Shown here in pieces: positions 15,683 through 29,502 of a DNA stretch of 64,000 bases. Within the stretch, counting starts at the first letter, position 1. Every line of letters begins with the position of its first letter. The position numbers and the translations under genes are program-made. The notes beneath the pieces are model-generated. The model saw nothing but the letters and a program-made list of their open reading frames with translations, did no database searches and was not told the origin of the DNA. Origin of the DNA: Kondoa subrosea (lineage: Eukaryota); NCBI GenBank assembly GCA_039545335.1, contig BCIN01000005.1, forward strand, positions 248,001 to 312,000, written 5' to 3'.

Positions 15683-18600
15683 ATGAGCGGACACAAGGTC
15701 AAACCCAGTCTCGGTGATGCCTCCTCGCTCTTTGCCTCACCTGCTGGATCTGGTGGGAGCGACTTCTTCGCTGGAAGTGCTGCAAAACAGCCGACGAGCT
15801 TCTTCGATGCTGTGCCAGAAGAGGAGGAGCCTGTGATAACGCAAAGCAACGACACGAATTCCACTGCAAGTGCAAATGATACACCGGCTATGCTGGACGA
15901 TAGCTCTGAATTCCTGGACGATTCAGCTTACGATGAGCTGGCAGAATCTTGGATGCCGCCTGTTCCTCCTTCAGCGCCCAAAAGTCAAGCAGCGAACGAT
16001 GCTTTTGATCACAATAGTCAATACGCAACTTATGCTCAAAGCAGTCGCAGTCGTGTACAGTCTGGATCTTCAACAGGTGGTAATCTGACGCCCCAGTTGA
16101 ATTCAAATCCGTATTTTCCATCATCTCTCTCGCCTGCTTCTTCGCAACAGGATTACAGTCCGTATGGTTCACCTTCTCAAGCCGCTCAACCAACTACACC
16201 TGGATCAATGGGTCCTGCTTCAACCTTGCTAGTGAAGAAGAAGCCAGATGCGTATGATCCGCCTGTAGCATTATCAAAGCCACCAATATCTAGGCGGCAT
16301 ACTCCTTCAAGCATGCCCTTTGGCGCTTCTTCACCTAGTATATATGGTCTTCCGCCACCTCCTGCGCCATCAATGAGTCCTCCTCCTAGCCAACAGCAAT
16401 TCGTGCCACCTCCTGCTCAAGTTGTTAAACCGCCTCCGCCTCGCAGGACTGCTAGTGGACTGTCGCCTGTAGTGTCACAGCAACCTCAATTCTCTCAAAG
16501 ACCTACTTCTGTCCCGCCTCAAGTTGCGCAGCAGTATCAGCCTCAACAAAGTTATACAAGTCCGCCTTCTTCAGCTTCATATGGCAATACTTCCTTCCCT
16601 TCATATGGTCAACCACCTCAACAACAGCAGCCTGCTGCATATCAAGCTCCTATACAACGTTCTAGGCAGCCTTCTGTCTCTCAGCCAGTGACCAATGGTA
16701 TCCCTTCTTTCTCGCCACCTTCTTCCGCTTACGACCCATACGCTGCTCCATCACAACCTCAATCAGGGTACAATCAACCTCCTGCTCGAATCCTGTCGCC
16801 TCCTTTGCCTCCACCCCCGCCAAGTAGACCACAATCTCGAACACATCCTATCAGGCCTAAGTCTCGTTCGGCTATGGCAGCAGAAGCAGCTAATATACCC
16901 TTACCTCCTTCTCGAACTGGGATCCATCATCATCCCACTCTACCTCATCAAGCTCATGTCCAATCTTTCCCACCTAGAACTTCTTCGCCTTTAGCTAGGA
17001 GACAAAGTTATGCGGATGAAGAGGAAGAAGAGTTGAAAAGTCCTGTGCCTGGTTTAAGCTTCCAACCTCCTAGTCCTATAGGCAATCATGTTGTTAAGCA
17101 AGAAGTGAAAGCTGAAGAATATGAGGAAGATCCAGAAAATGGTATTGAAGCTAAAGCAGGAATGGATTTCTTCACTGAAGATGATCAGAAACATGTGGCT
17201 GTAAAGACAGAGGAAGAAGAGCGGGAGAGTATTACACCTGTACTAAAGCAAGAAGGGTTTGGAAGTTTTACAAATTGGTATGATGAGCAAGATCAACTGC
17301 AATCTGAAGGTGGATACAATGGTCAGGCATACCTGCAGAATATTTCGCTCATCACTGATCCTTCCTTCAGGGTCGGAAACGAATACACAAGTTCTGAGCG
17401 AAGATCTCTATAGAAGTCCGCCCGCGCGAGAGGAATCGGATACGATGGTATACCGACCACAAGAGCAGAGTCCATATGTTTCTGTCTCTGCTGCAGCTTT
17501 GAACTTGACTACCGATCCTGAATCAATGATGGATTATCGCTACGACTATTCGAATGCCGATTATTCGCCTGCAGCCAGGTCACAAGAATCGTCTGGCTCA
17601 ACAGGCGACTCGACAGTCGAAAGTGCAGCAGGAACATATTCAGCTAGGTCTGATCGAACAAACAGTCTAGAAGGCATGACCCGTGGTCAACCTGTTGGCT
17701 ATAATCCAGCCAACGATCTATATAGTTCCTATAACCCTCGCAAGCTAGCTTATCCGCAGCAAATGGCTTCACCGGAAGTCATCACCACACCTTTACCTCC
17801 GCCACTACCTGCTGTTCCAGAAGTCTCACCTACCGATCCCTACGCGCCTCGATCTCGATCTGCTTCCGCATATTCGAATGGTATAGCAGACTATACACCA
17901 CAAGCAAATGGATATGGCACATCTCCAAACTTCTCAAATATGCCAGCTCGACTGAATGTAGCAGATCAGCAAGACAATCTTTCTCGACCAGCTGTCCCCA
18001 TAGCTACTTTTGGTCTTGGTGGTCGTCTTCTCACCTATTTTCCACCAGATAGTCAGGCTTTCCAATCAATGTATGGTGCATCACCTTACGCGGCAGCCGC
18101 CGAAGGTCTTTCTGCGAATTCTCAAATCATCAAGTTCTCTGATCTAGCTTCAAATCTGTCTACTACCCTATTGTCAACGTTCCCTGGCCCATTGTTCCAA
18201 GATGGTGGTACTGGAAAAAGTGTTATAGCCAAGAAGAAGAAAGATGCTTTGGTTTGGCTTGACGAACAGATAGGAGATGCTGAGAAAGAGCTTGGTTTCA
18301 TCATGGGAGCTAGTGTGGGTGCTTCAGAGGACGAAACAGTTGCCAAGAAGAGGAAAGTAGACGAGCGCAAAGTTTTGTTCGGTTTAGTCAAAGTGATACT
18401 GGAACATGATGGCAAAATATCAGGGTAAGTTAATCTTGATCTTCTGAAGGGAGCATTGTTCTGAAGTGTTTTGAGCAGTCCTGAGGCTGAGGACAAGATC
18501 AGAACACTTCTTCTACCAAGTGACCGCCGTTCTTCTGCGCCGAATACTTTAGATTTCAGCACCGCGGCCGATTTAGTATCACTACCTCGCTCGAAGAGTC

Positions 18601-21141
18601 CACCCTTGTCTACCAATACGGTCCACGCCAGTGACCTGACCAAAATTCAGTCCTTCTTACAAGAAGGTCAAAGACAAGAAGCCATTACCTTCGCGTTGCA
18701 CCAGCGGATGTGGGCTCACGCTCTACTTCTCTCCAGCTCTCTAGACAAAGAGACTTGGCGGCGCACAGTCTCCGAATTCGTACGATTTGAATTAGGCAAT
18801 TCAGGCGCTCCAGGACAAGGCTGGGAAGCGCTCAAAATGTCCTATGGCCTGTTCTCTGGCGATCACGAGAATGCTGGTAACTTTCGTGTCTTTACTCTGG
18901 AATACGTTTGCTGACTGACCCGCAGTTCGGCAATTGATACCTCAGCAGAATCTTGGTGAACGGTCTCCTCGCGTGGCTCTGCCGTCTCTACCTACACCTC
19001 AGTCTCGTGCTCCAAGCCCTGCACTTCCCTCTCTGGATACAAGTACATTCGCTACAATGCCTGAGAGCTCCCTACAGCAATGGCGAAACACTGCTGCTAT
19101 CATGTTGTCGAACAAGACAGCTGGAAGTGTTGCCGCCTTGACATCTCTTGGTGATGCGTTGTTGGCCAAATCTTGGACATCGGCTGCCCATGTCTGGTAC
19201 GTTGTATGATTACAGACTTTGCCAATTGAGCTGAGCCTCAATTAGCTATCTGCTCACCGGCCATAACGCATTCCTCGGCGGTCTCGGTCAGCCTGGAGTA
19301 AGGACCACGATATTGAGTGTCGAGAATCCAGACAAGTCTGCAGCCTATGCTGTTGACCTTGATGGGATTATGTTGACTGAGATACTTGAATACGCCCTTT
19401 CTCTGGTTCCCACTGCCAAGGGACACGAAGTATACTGCGGACTGCCTCATCTACAAGCTTATCGGTTGATGCATGCAATTCGCTTAGCCGATATTGGCCT
19501 CACATCCAAGGCACTAAAGTAGGCTTGGCTACTTCTATTCAGTCGGACTATCTGATATCTCTTCTCAGGTACTGTGATGCTATAGCTGCAACACTAAAAG
19601 CGAGTACGAAGGCATCTGCTTTCTACCACCCAGCTTTAGTAGCGCAAGTGAAAGAGCTGTCGGACCGTCTTAACGGCTCTTCAGCTAGAGAGACTTCAGG
19701 CTCGTGGGTCTCACGTAAGATGCAACGACCGACTTTGGATTCGATATGGTCAAACCTTGAAGGCCGATTTGCATCATTCGTTGCGGGAGATGATCAAGGT
19801 GTCGCGGATAAAGCAGAGACCCAACGGAAAGCGTCCATGCCAAAACCTCAGCCTGCTGGACCTTTCTCTCAGTACACTGCAATCTCTAACAATTCGTCCG
19901 GTACCATATCACGCAATCCATCTCAAACCGATCTTCGCTCGACTGTACATCATTCTGCTTCGGCAAACTATTCAAACCCTACTACTTCGAGTTATGGGCA
20001 GCCTTCGTACCTTCCCAATTTGACCACAAGCCCGCCCAAAGCATCCGGACCTCCCGGACCGCCGAGAGGGAAAAGCCATCAATCGCAACCCTCATTAGGA
20101 GCACTGGCTTTCGGTTCTGATCCGTACGCTGCTGCACCAGCTTGGGGAGCTCCTCCACCTTCTTTCCAACCTTCCGCCGTCGAAGAAGAAGAAGCGCAGA
20201 ATGACGTCGCGCCTTTAGCGCCATCTCAATCCTCTCAAGGTTGGTGGGGTACAGCACAAGGGAGTGAAGCAAATGAAACAACTCCCGCATTTCAACCTGT
20301 GCAGCAATCGTTCTCTGAGGATGATTCTGGCTTCATTTCACCTATGGGTGCTGAATCCAGATCAGCCACCCCTAGCTTCTCTAGTACTCACTTTTCTACA
20401 ACGAACAATCAAATAGAAGATGACGAGGAAGATCTCGGCTTTGGTAATTCGTCAAGTCGCAAAGCGACCGCCAATCCCTCACCCGCTCCGACCACAGCTC
20501 CAGTCAAGGCTCAGGAGGCAGCCAAACCGGCGATTCCTACTGATGAATCCCATGGTAAGTCCTTTGAGTAGTAGACACGGCCGTTGTTGATTCGCTGTTG
20601 CTTAGCTTTGAGATCATCAGCTTCGTCTTCATGGCTCGGAAAACTCTTTAGACGGGATAATGCTAGTCCGGGACCCCAATCTGGACCAATAAGAGCCAAA
20701 CTCGGCGAAGAAACTTCGTTTGTGTACGATCCTGAGCAGAAGAGATGGGTCAATAAAAAGGTGCGCTTTCCAGACTACTTTTGAAGTACTTGCTCACCCG
20801 TATGTAGGCTGTCGACAGCAGCGCCGCTCCTCCACAAGCTGCAGCACCTCCGCCTGCTAGAGCCTCAACTGTTTCGCCTTCCCCATCACCTTCCGAAGGT
20901 CCGCCAGCCCGATTGGCAAGTGCCTCACCGCCGCCAGTTTCGAAGCCTCCTCTATCTTCCGGACCACCAACGCGGAATTTCTCTTCGCCTTTGCCTCCTC
21001 CTTCCTCAGCTTCTGGCACACCTCCGCCTCCGTCAGGTCGTCCGCCAGCCAAACGAGCCGCGCGCAGCAAATATGTGAGTCGCTGCATGTCATGTTCAGT
21101 GCGCCCGACTCATATTCGAATGACAGGTCGAAATCACATAA
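15683..21141 (+). CDS. SEC16: COPII coat assembly protein Sec16
   Basis: Pro/Ser-rich N-terminus, then [65 protein letters not shown] and C-terminal [23 protein letters not shown]; last exon SKY|VEIT*. Confidence 0.93.
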
Positions 21142-21256
21142 TCCGGAAGTCTTCATTTCAGTTGTCCGGACGGATGTTGGAAATTTGGGATGTACAATTT
21201 GACAGATAGAGAGGGTGTATGACCAGTAATATATCTAGCATGCTTTTGCGACAAGT

Positions 21257-24200
21257 TTATGACAATGATAATAATAATGCCCGCATCTCTTTACTATGAC
21301 TTGATAGCATTTGGCTTGCCTGCACCAACCGCCGCAGAATGTCCGGAGAACAATACAGACTGTGGTTGTTGCTCAATTTGCTGAAACGTAGAAGCGCATC
21401 ATGCAGCACTATCATTGTATCCTCGTCAAGCTCTTGCATATCGATCTTATAGGCCTTCAAGCAGACTTCCATGTTACTCAGAGTTCTTGAAAGAACCGCA
21501 GGTGATAAGGAAGTCGTGTTCAGCTTGACAAGGATATGTCTCTGAATCCGAATTTGGTTTGACACATTGACCCCTGTACAAGAGCTGAGCATGCTTGAAG
21601 CGATGGGCATCGGAATCACAAACCTTCTAGTCGCTGCAGCGCAATAAGAATTGCGTTCCACCATCCAGTCACATCCGAATTGCTCGCTTTTACGGAAGGA
21701 AGGCGAATAGAGATTTGGTAAAGAATGTTCACAAACAATTGAGCCTCGAACGGATCGTTGGGAATCAAGTCTGATAGTGAAGAAAGAAAAGCGTTTTTGC
21801 GAACTAGATCGCTCACTGCAATATCATGCAGAGTTGCTCGTTGCAGTATCTGTCCCAAATACGATCAGGCAGATGTTCTAAATATTGTAGGCACAGACTG
21901 ACTTGAAACACCAATAGTCGCTCGTCAGCTGTAGCAAATCCAGCCTGTAGGAATGCGCTGAGCAGTTCCCAGGTCTGTCTTCGACGCAAAGAAAGCCAAT
22001 CCTGTGATAGGATTAGCACGGTACCATGCTCACTGACAGCAGCGTACATCAGGCTTGCACATGCCATCTCTAAGCAGAGTAAATAGCCAAAGACGCTCTT
22101 CTTTGGCGGAATCAGTGTCAGATGAATATAAACTTTGATAGAAGAGTGGAAGGTCGGTATCTTCGAGAGCTGCTCTTTGTAGCAGATGCCGAAGCATGGA
22201 AGGGAACATGGGCTCGGTAGGGTTGCCGATGGCACGAAGACATTGAGCTAAGAAGAGTGCATTCGGACTGCCGATTGCCTTGTCACGTTGACTGAGCGTT
22301 TGAATGTGATCAAACACGAGCATCAGCTCTTCTTGCTCTGGAAACTCGGCACCCTTTGACACGTACTCTCAGCGATTTTATACTTTGTACCATTACGAAC
22401 CTACCTGCAAGCGATTCCGAACTCTCGCTAAGGCGCGATCGCAAGCCAACCGGAAGGAGACTTGCGGAGAAGCCAAACCACATACTGCAAGTCCCAAAAC
22501 ATTGTTTTGTACAACTTGTAGAAATTGTTTGACATCCAGGTCCGGCTGACCAATGTAGGATACCAAAGCAGCGAGTAAGAATTGCGGATCGTAAGTTAAG
22601 CTGGTGGTTTCCAATTTGCCACTCATCACTATCAAGCAGGCTCGATAGACTTGTTCCGGCACCAGATTGACCAAAAGCTGCTTGTCTTCGGCCGCGCTAT
22701 TCGAATGTACTCGACACTGCTTCAAAATATTGTTCAGCGAGTAAGATCCTGAGACTTCCATCTGTTGCAGTATTTGCTTCAGCAGTAGATCCGCCGGTGA
22801 GAGCGTTGCGTGATAGAGAGATATGATCTGATCCGCCGGTGGATTTCGTCGTTGGGCCATATCAGCTCGCTTCATCAGCTCAGCTAGCAGCTGAGCGAGT
22901 GCCAAACGAGAGGAAGTATCGGGTTTGCTGATTTGCGGAAAGAAGGGATGGGCAAAGATAGCTTGACACAATTGATAGCATACTAATTCCTGTAAGCAGC
23001 AAGAACATTAAGCCATTGTACACCGTGGACTGAGAAATCCATACACTAGATTGGCTCACAGCGAGCAGCAAGCGCGCCAGGCAAAGATCTTGTGACACAT
23101 CCATTCTGCGCTGGATTGCTGCCGTGACTACAGGTTCAACCAGATGATCTTTCAGAACTATCGGCATAGGCAAGTCTTGCAAGACGTCATCTGCTCTACG
23201 GTCAGATATCATTCTCTCCAATGTTGAAATTCACGCACTGAGTATGCGGACCATCTCTGTCACTTCGGCAGAATCTTCTTCATCTTCTGCAAATCTCCTG
23301 ACCAACATATCCAAGCTCTTGTTGAGTGCTTGAGTGAGCAGATTGCGTTGCAAATCTGATTGATGGTCCCGGCACACGGCAATCACAACTGAATATAAGA
23401 TGGGTCGCACTATTTCAGGCTTCAAAGAAGAGATAAGCCGTGTAAGCTTTGCACGGATGACGTCTTGTTGGTCGAGAGTAGCATGTCGATGAAGTTTGAT
23501 GATGATCTGAGCATCAACGGCGGTAAGATCAAACGTGCGGCGAGAGACATAAGGCGCGGCAAGATCAAAGTACTCTGACCATTCTTGCTTCTCGAAGTGA
23601 TCTTTGTCAAGTAATGCTAGGAGAACAGATGTAACGTTGCAAGTCGGTTCTGCAGAGGAGAGCTGTTTCTTGACCATATCACGGAGATATTCATGCGTAT
23701 GTGAATAGAGATAGGCGCTGGCTGCTAAACCCTCTATGATATCTGATCGAGGCTCGGAAGCAGATGCAACCAGCCAATCTTGAATTATAGCATAATCAAG
23801 TTTCGGCAGCATTGATCTCTGCTGAGGAACTGCTCCATCATCTTGCAGATACAGATAGCCAGTAGGTAAGGAAGCGACAATACGAGCAGAAAGTAATTGA
23901 CTAGCGATTTCGCTGCCATCCAAAGCCAGAAGAGCAATGTGCAGGAAATCTTGTTCGCTCAGCATTCCGTTTGAAGTCACATCAACTTGTAGGACCCGCA
24001 GAGATGCATTCGCAATGTCAGATTCTTGCAACTCCTTGGTAGTGCGGAAGATGCGCAGTACATCAGAAGCAGTCGCAAATGGTATTATAGCCAAGACAGT
24101 GGCACCAAGCTAATACGAACTGTCAATACAGCCAAAGATCAGAATACATAATATGTGACATACTTTTTTGCGGTCGGTTGCAGTAAGATATTGCTCGATC

Positions 24201-27200
24201 ACAATTTCAGAAAGAGGAGAGATCAAGGTCCGAAGGTGAGCCAAGTCATTGCTGGAGAGAGCGCGCAGTAGAGCTTAACATCCATGGCTTAATCAGTCTG
24301 ATCAGGCAAAGGGATCGAAAAGGCTTACCTTCAGCGAGCTTCAGATTTTTCGCTATTGCTTGTTCGCAAATGTACAAAATGGCTAAAGAGATAGCTGAGC
24401 ACTTTGAAACCTCTTCGTACTGTAAGAGTTCCACCAGGGACGTGATAGCTTGATTTGGTACTTGATCAATTTTTATTGCGCAGGTGATACGAAGAAGACA
24501 CAGTTGAGCACTGAGTAATCGATCCGAGATAGGGATTTCGGAGATATCGAGCTTCGTATCAGTATTGAGCGACTTCAAAAGAAGTCCTGTTGTTCCAGCA
24601 GGCAAGACCGCAAGACTGCGCAAATGGAATCAAACATGATACAAACAGGTCAATCAATGGCACTGACTCTTGTTCTTTTGCCCCGCTGCCCTTTTCTAGC
24701 ACTTTCAAAGCTGCTCTCAAGCCTTTTAGTTGCTCTTGGTCCACTTTCAACCCCTTGAGCAAATCGTAAACTGCTTGAGCGACCGTCAGATCCCTTAAAG
24801 TTGCCGTATAACCCAAAACAATCGTGATAGTACTATCAATCAATTTTCTGAGTTTCACTTCATCTTTCGTACTAGTCAAATTCGCTTGATATTTGATTTG
24901 TTCTAGCCAAGTAGCCAATAAAGGAGATACTGAAATTTTAGAAGGTAGCTTTAATTCCGTATCCAGTTGTTCAATGTATTTCAAAGGAGTAGCAATAGAT
25001 TTCTGAATACAGAATATAAGGAATTCAACCACTTCTTTATTGATAGCCATAGAATTAGAGGAAGCAGAAGAAATCCATAGATCCATTTCTTGCTGAGCAT
25101 TATATTCGAAAAGTAAATGATCTGCCAAGATTCTTTGAAGAGCTTTTTGTGCTAGTTCTCGATTAGTTGCGATAGTTGTATGTAGAGAATAGTTGAGCAA
25201 GACGGCTAATGGCGATTCTGAACCTTGACCTTTGATCCATGATGGAGATGCAGCAGCTGAAGAAGACACTACGAGCTGTAAGAATGAAGATTGTGCAATA
25301 GCTTGCATTGCTTGAGGACGAGCAGATCCTAAGATTCTTGGTGCTAGTTTAGCAAAGTCGAAACGAAGAGTAGAAGTAAGCGAGGCAGAAAAGGTATGGT
25401 AGGCTAACATGAGTCTGAGAACAGTTTGGATGCCCAAGAAAAGTTCTTCATCAGATTGTTCTTTGTCTTCCTTGATCGATTTGGTCAGAAGAGCGACTAG
25501 TATTTGGATATCTGGCAACCGATCCAATAATGAAGCTTGAAGTCTTGCTTTTAAGCTTTCGTCCACTAGATTCCCCATAATAAACCCTGCTTTCTGAACA
25601 CAAGACAAGACCAATAAAGCTAAAAGATGAGCTACCAGAGCGTTATCATGTTGCAAGGCTTTTGAGATCCATTGTTTAGTGAACACAGAAGGGAAAACGC
25701 AATCCAAAATCTGATTGAAAGTTGAATTTTCACCAAAAGTAGACGATAAGCATACGATCGAAGTAGCAAAAGAAACAGCTCCGATCCATTTTGTTGTGGC
25801 TTTCGGTTCGAGCAAAGGAAAGAATCTTGGCCAGAATTCAGCTAACAGTTCAGGCATGTTGTCCAATACTGCTAAACCAAGTTTCGCTTCATATTCATTC
25901 TCGACAATCTTGAGTTTGCCTAGTAGATTACCAAAGATTTTACGTTGAAGCTTTGGGTTGTACTTGAGTTTCGTAATACTATTCTTTTCTGGTGCAAAAA
26001 TAGATACAGATGCCAACAGGAAGCGTTGAGCTGACAACGCTGCATCCGATTCTAATTCAATAGCTGATTCTTGTTGGACCAATGGACGACGAGAGATCTC
26101 GAGTAGCTGTAGAGAACAAAACCATTGAAGCAAATATACTTTGCTAAACCTCGATTCAAACCTACAACTTCGACAGAATTGTCCATAGCTGCTAGTTTGA
26201 GGTTTCCGCTCAGCTTCGTGTCTTTGAAGACGCCCGTATAAAGCGTTTCGAGGACCCCATCAACAATAACAGTACTGTCGATCGTCAACATCTTGGTGAT
26301 AGCCGGTATGATACCCTTGAGCGATAAAATATCTGCTTTAAGCGATGTAGGTGACTGAGATGAGAGAAGAGGTAAGATGAAAGTTAGAGTCAAGGAACGG
26401 ATATCTGAAGCAATGAATTAATTAGGTCAAAGTAAAGCGAGGTACAGCATACCTGATCGTTTGCTTTGTTTAGCATCTCCTTTGATCTTGGTGCCCAGAA
26501 GCCGGATGAGGGACTGTAGAGAACACCTCACGAAATCAGAGTTACTCTGATTTCGGTAAATCCTCCTGCACCTTTCCATCTCCAGCAACGCTATCCCAAA
26601 GTTTCGTAGCTCTAGAAGCCCAGCCATCTTCCTTGATATCTTTGACCATCACGCCTAATAAACGAATCGCAGCTACAGTCACATCATTCTTTCCAGGTAA
26701 AAGAGCTTTAGGTAAATGAGTAGATTCCATATCCACAAGAACTTGGATCAAAGACTGTTGCGCCGGTAAGAGAGAATAGGCTCGAAGGTTGAGTATAGAA
26801 GAAGAGAGGTTATAAAGAGTTGCCAACGCTGCAGGATTATCGAACTTTGCCCCAAGTAAGCTTCTGTGAAAACTGACTCAACAATGATCAAACCTACTTG
26901 ATGGATGTTCTCGAAAGCTGTCTTGAGCTCTGGAAAGCCATTCTTGGTTGCGAGATGTTTCTCTAATTTCTTTGCATCTTCTGCAGGATCTGACTTTCGC
27001 AGAGAACTGAGTAATCTGAGCAATCCATTTGCAGCTGATAACAATAACGAGAAGATAGAGCATAAGAGCAGAGCGCAGACTTAGTGAGAAAAAAGCCAAC
27101 ATGAGTGCAAACGCAGGACATCTGATGAATTCCGCAAGCCAGCCAGCAAGGTATCAAGTGGCTCTTCTGCAGTGGTATCTCTCTTTCTCTTGAGCGACAT
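21257..27200 (-). CDS. URB1: Nucleolar pre-ribosomal-associated protein 1 (Urb1/Npa1-like)
   Basis: Very large helical multi-exon protein with LEPKATTKWIGAV, LPDIQIL, RFDFAKL, YHATLSPAD, YDPQFLL, NVLGLAVCGLAS and DLPLFYQSLYSS..KEERLWLFTLLRDG (NopRA1-like C-terminus). Confidence 0.85.
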
Positions 27201-27435
27201 AGCGTCTGGGTATTCTGCTCTTGTAGCCTGCAGCTCGCTGTAGCTAGAAATGCATCATCTTGAATTTCCAGCACCTTGTCTTGAGACGGTCAACCTCTTC
27301 ACTTACTGTATCTGCGTGTGAGGATCAGCAAACAGCGCACAAAGGTAGACAGTCGCGTCAGACACTCAGCATCATGCTGATATCTTTCGCAATTTGTTCT
27401 ACAGACCTTCAAGTTGAAGGAACCACTCGAGAACA
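27201..27435. promoter_or_regulatory. Probable bidirectional promoter between URB1 and ULA1
   Basis: 235 bp between divergent predicted ATGs; positional inference only. Confidence 0.55.
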
Positions 27436-29353
27436 ATGGAAGCTGTCCCAGATCTAGATGGCGTAACCGCAAAGGTTGCTCCGGTCAATTCTGTCAGACC
27501 AGATGCCAAAACTCAGTGAGTCCTGTTTCACCGAGCTGCGGTCATTGTCCTAACCTTTATGTACTTGTACAGACGCTATGACAGACAGCTCAGGTTCGTC
27601 AGCCAAATCCTCTGCAGTGAATGTCTGCTCAGGATCAATGCTGGGTGAACAGACTCTGGGCATCAGCTGGACAAACTGCATTAGAGAACGCTTCGATCTT
27701 AGTCGTCAACGGTACTCCAACAGCTACTCAAGTACTGAAGAACCTTGTATTACCAGGTCAATGCAATCTTACGCTTTGCAATTCATTGCTAACCGTATTC
27801 TGCACTGACAGGCATTGGCTCATTCACAATCTTGGACAACAAGAAAGTTGAAGGCTCTGATCTTGGCTCAAATTTCTTCCTTGTCTCTGACTCTCTAGGC
27901 AAGAATCGAGCTGAAGAGGAAGTTACTTACCTTCGAGAACTGAATGATAATGTGAAAGGTCAAGCTTTGTTGCAGGTCAGTTTGATGAAGGACTTAGCGA
28001 ATTTCAACGCTGAGTGATTGATCGTACATGACAGGACATTCCGTCTTTCCTTGCTCATGAACCCCCTCTTTTGCCTTCCTATTCTTTGGTCATTTCGGTC
28101 AATGCAAGCACTTCCGATACTCTTGTATTAGCTTCAGCATGCTGGTCATCTGGAGTACCTCTTATTACTGTTCGTTCTTCAGGCTTTATCAGCTCCTTAC
28201 GCACTCAAGCTGGTGAAGTCGCTTTCGTCGAAACTCATCCTGACTCAACAGTCGACCTACGTCTGGATGCACCTTTCCCAGCTTTGTTGAATTATGCAAA
28301 ATCACTTGACGTGGACTCCATGGATTCTGCTGAACATGGTCATTTGCCAGCTGTAGTCATCATTCTCAGAGCGCTAGAGGAATACAAGTCGAAGCACAAT
28401 GGTGATTTACCAAAGACTTCTAAAGATCGAAATGCGCTCAAAGCACTCATCACTGCAAGCAAAAGAAGTAACGATGAAGAAAATTTTGATGAAGCTTTAG
28501 CTTTAGTCATCAAATTAGCAAGACCTTCCGTTGTCCCAAATCACATTATGAAACTCTTTTCTGATCCACAATGTACTAATCTAGCTCCTTCTTCACCTAC
28601 TTTCTGGATTTTACTTCGAGCAGTAAAAGAATTTGTCAACTCTGAAAACTTACTACCCTTGACTGGTACTCTACCAGACATGAAAGCTACTTCTCAAGGT
28701 TACCTCACACTACAATCTCTTTATCGAACTAAAGCTAAAGAAGATCTAACAACCGTTACTACTCATTTACATTCCCTACTCACTTCTCTCTCTTTACCCC
28801 TCAATACGATTCCAGATGAAGAAATTGCTTCTTTTGTCAAACATGCAGCTTATCTAGAAGTATTACGCGGGAAACCATTAAAGGAAGAATTTGAAAAAGG
28901 TCCTTCTTCTTCTTCTTCGGATCAATGGATTGGGATGCTAGAATCTGAATATGATGAATCTTGTTTGGAATGGTATTTCGCTTTAAGAGTTATGGAAGAG
29001 TTTGAGCAGAAAAAGGGAAGAAATCCTGGTTCGGAAAACGAAGATGAAGAGGAAATGTTGAGTTTGGCTAAAGAAGTACTTGGTCGATTTGGTGTAAAGG
29101 ATTTACAAGAATTGCCTGAGAAACTGAGCGATGCTCTCAAGGAGATGTGCGTTTGCTTCTCTTGCATTAGAAGTTACATTTTGACGAGAAATTTAGTACG
29201 CGAGGCGCTGGTGGTGATCTACCTCAAATTGCTGCTCTCATGGGTGGTATCGTCTCACAAGAAGCTATCAAGCTCATCACTAGGCAATACGTCGCTCTCA
29301 ACGGCACTTGCATTTTCAATGGTATCAAATCCAGAACAGGGGTCATTGCTTAA
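27436..29353 (+). CDS. ULA1: NEDD8-activating enzyme E1 regulatory subunit (APPBP1/NAE1)
   Basis: Spliced [110 protein letters not shown]. Confidence 0.95.
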
Positions 29354-29502
29354 AGCAACGAAGTAGAGGTAAAAAGAACAAAAGAAAAGATGTAAATAGG
29401 AAGACCCAGAACAGGATAACTTTTGATCCAATATCATGCACACATGCTATACCCCAAAAGAAATACAATTGTCATACAAACCTCTCGACTCAAATTCTTT
29501 GC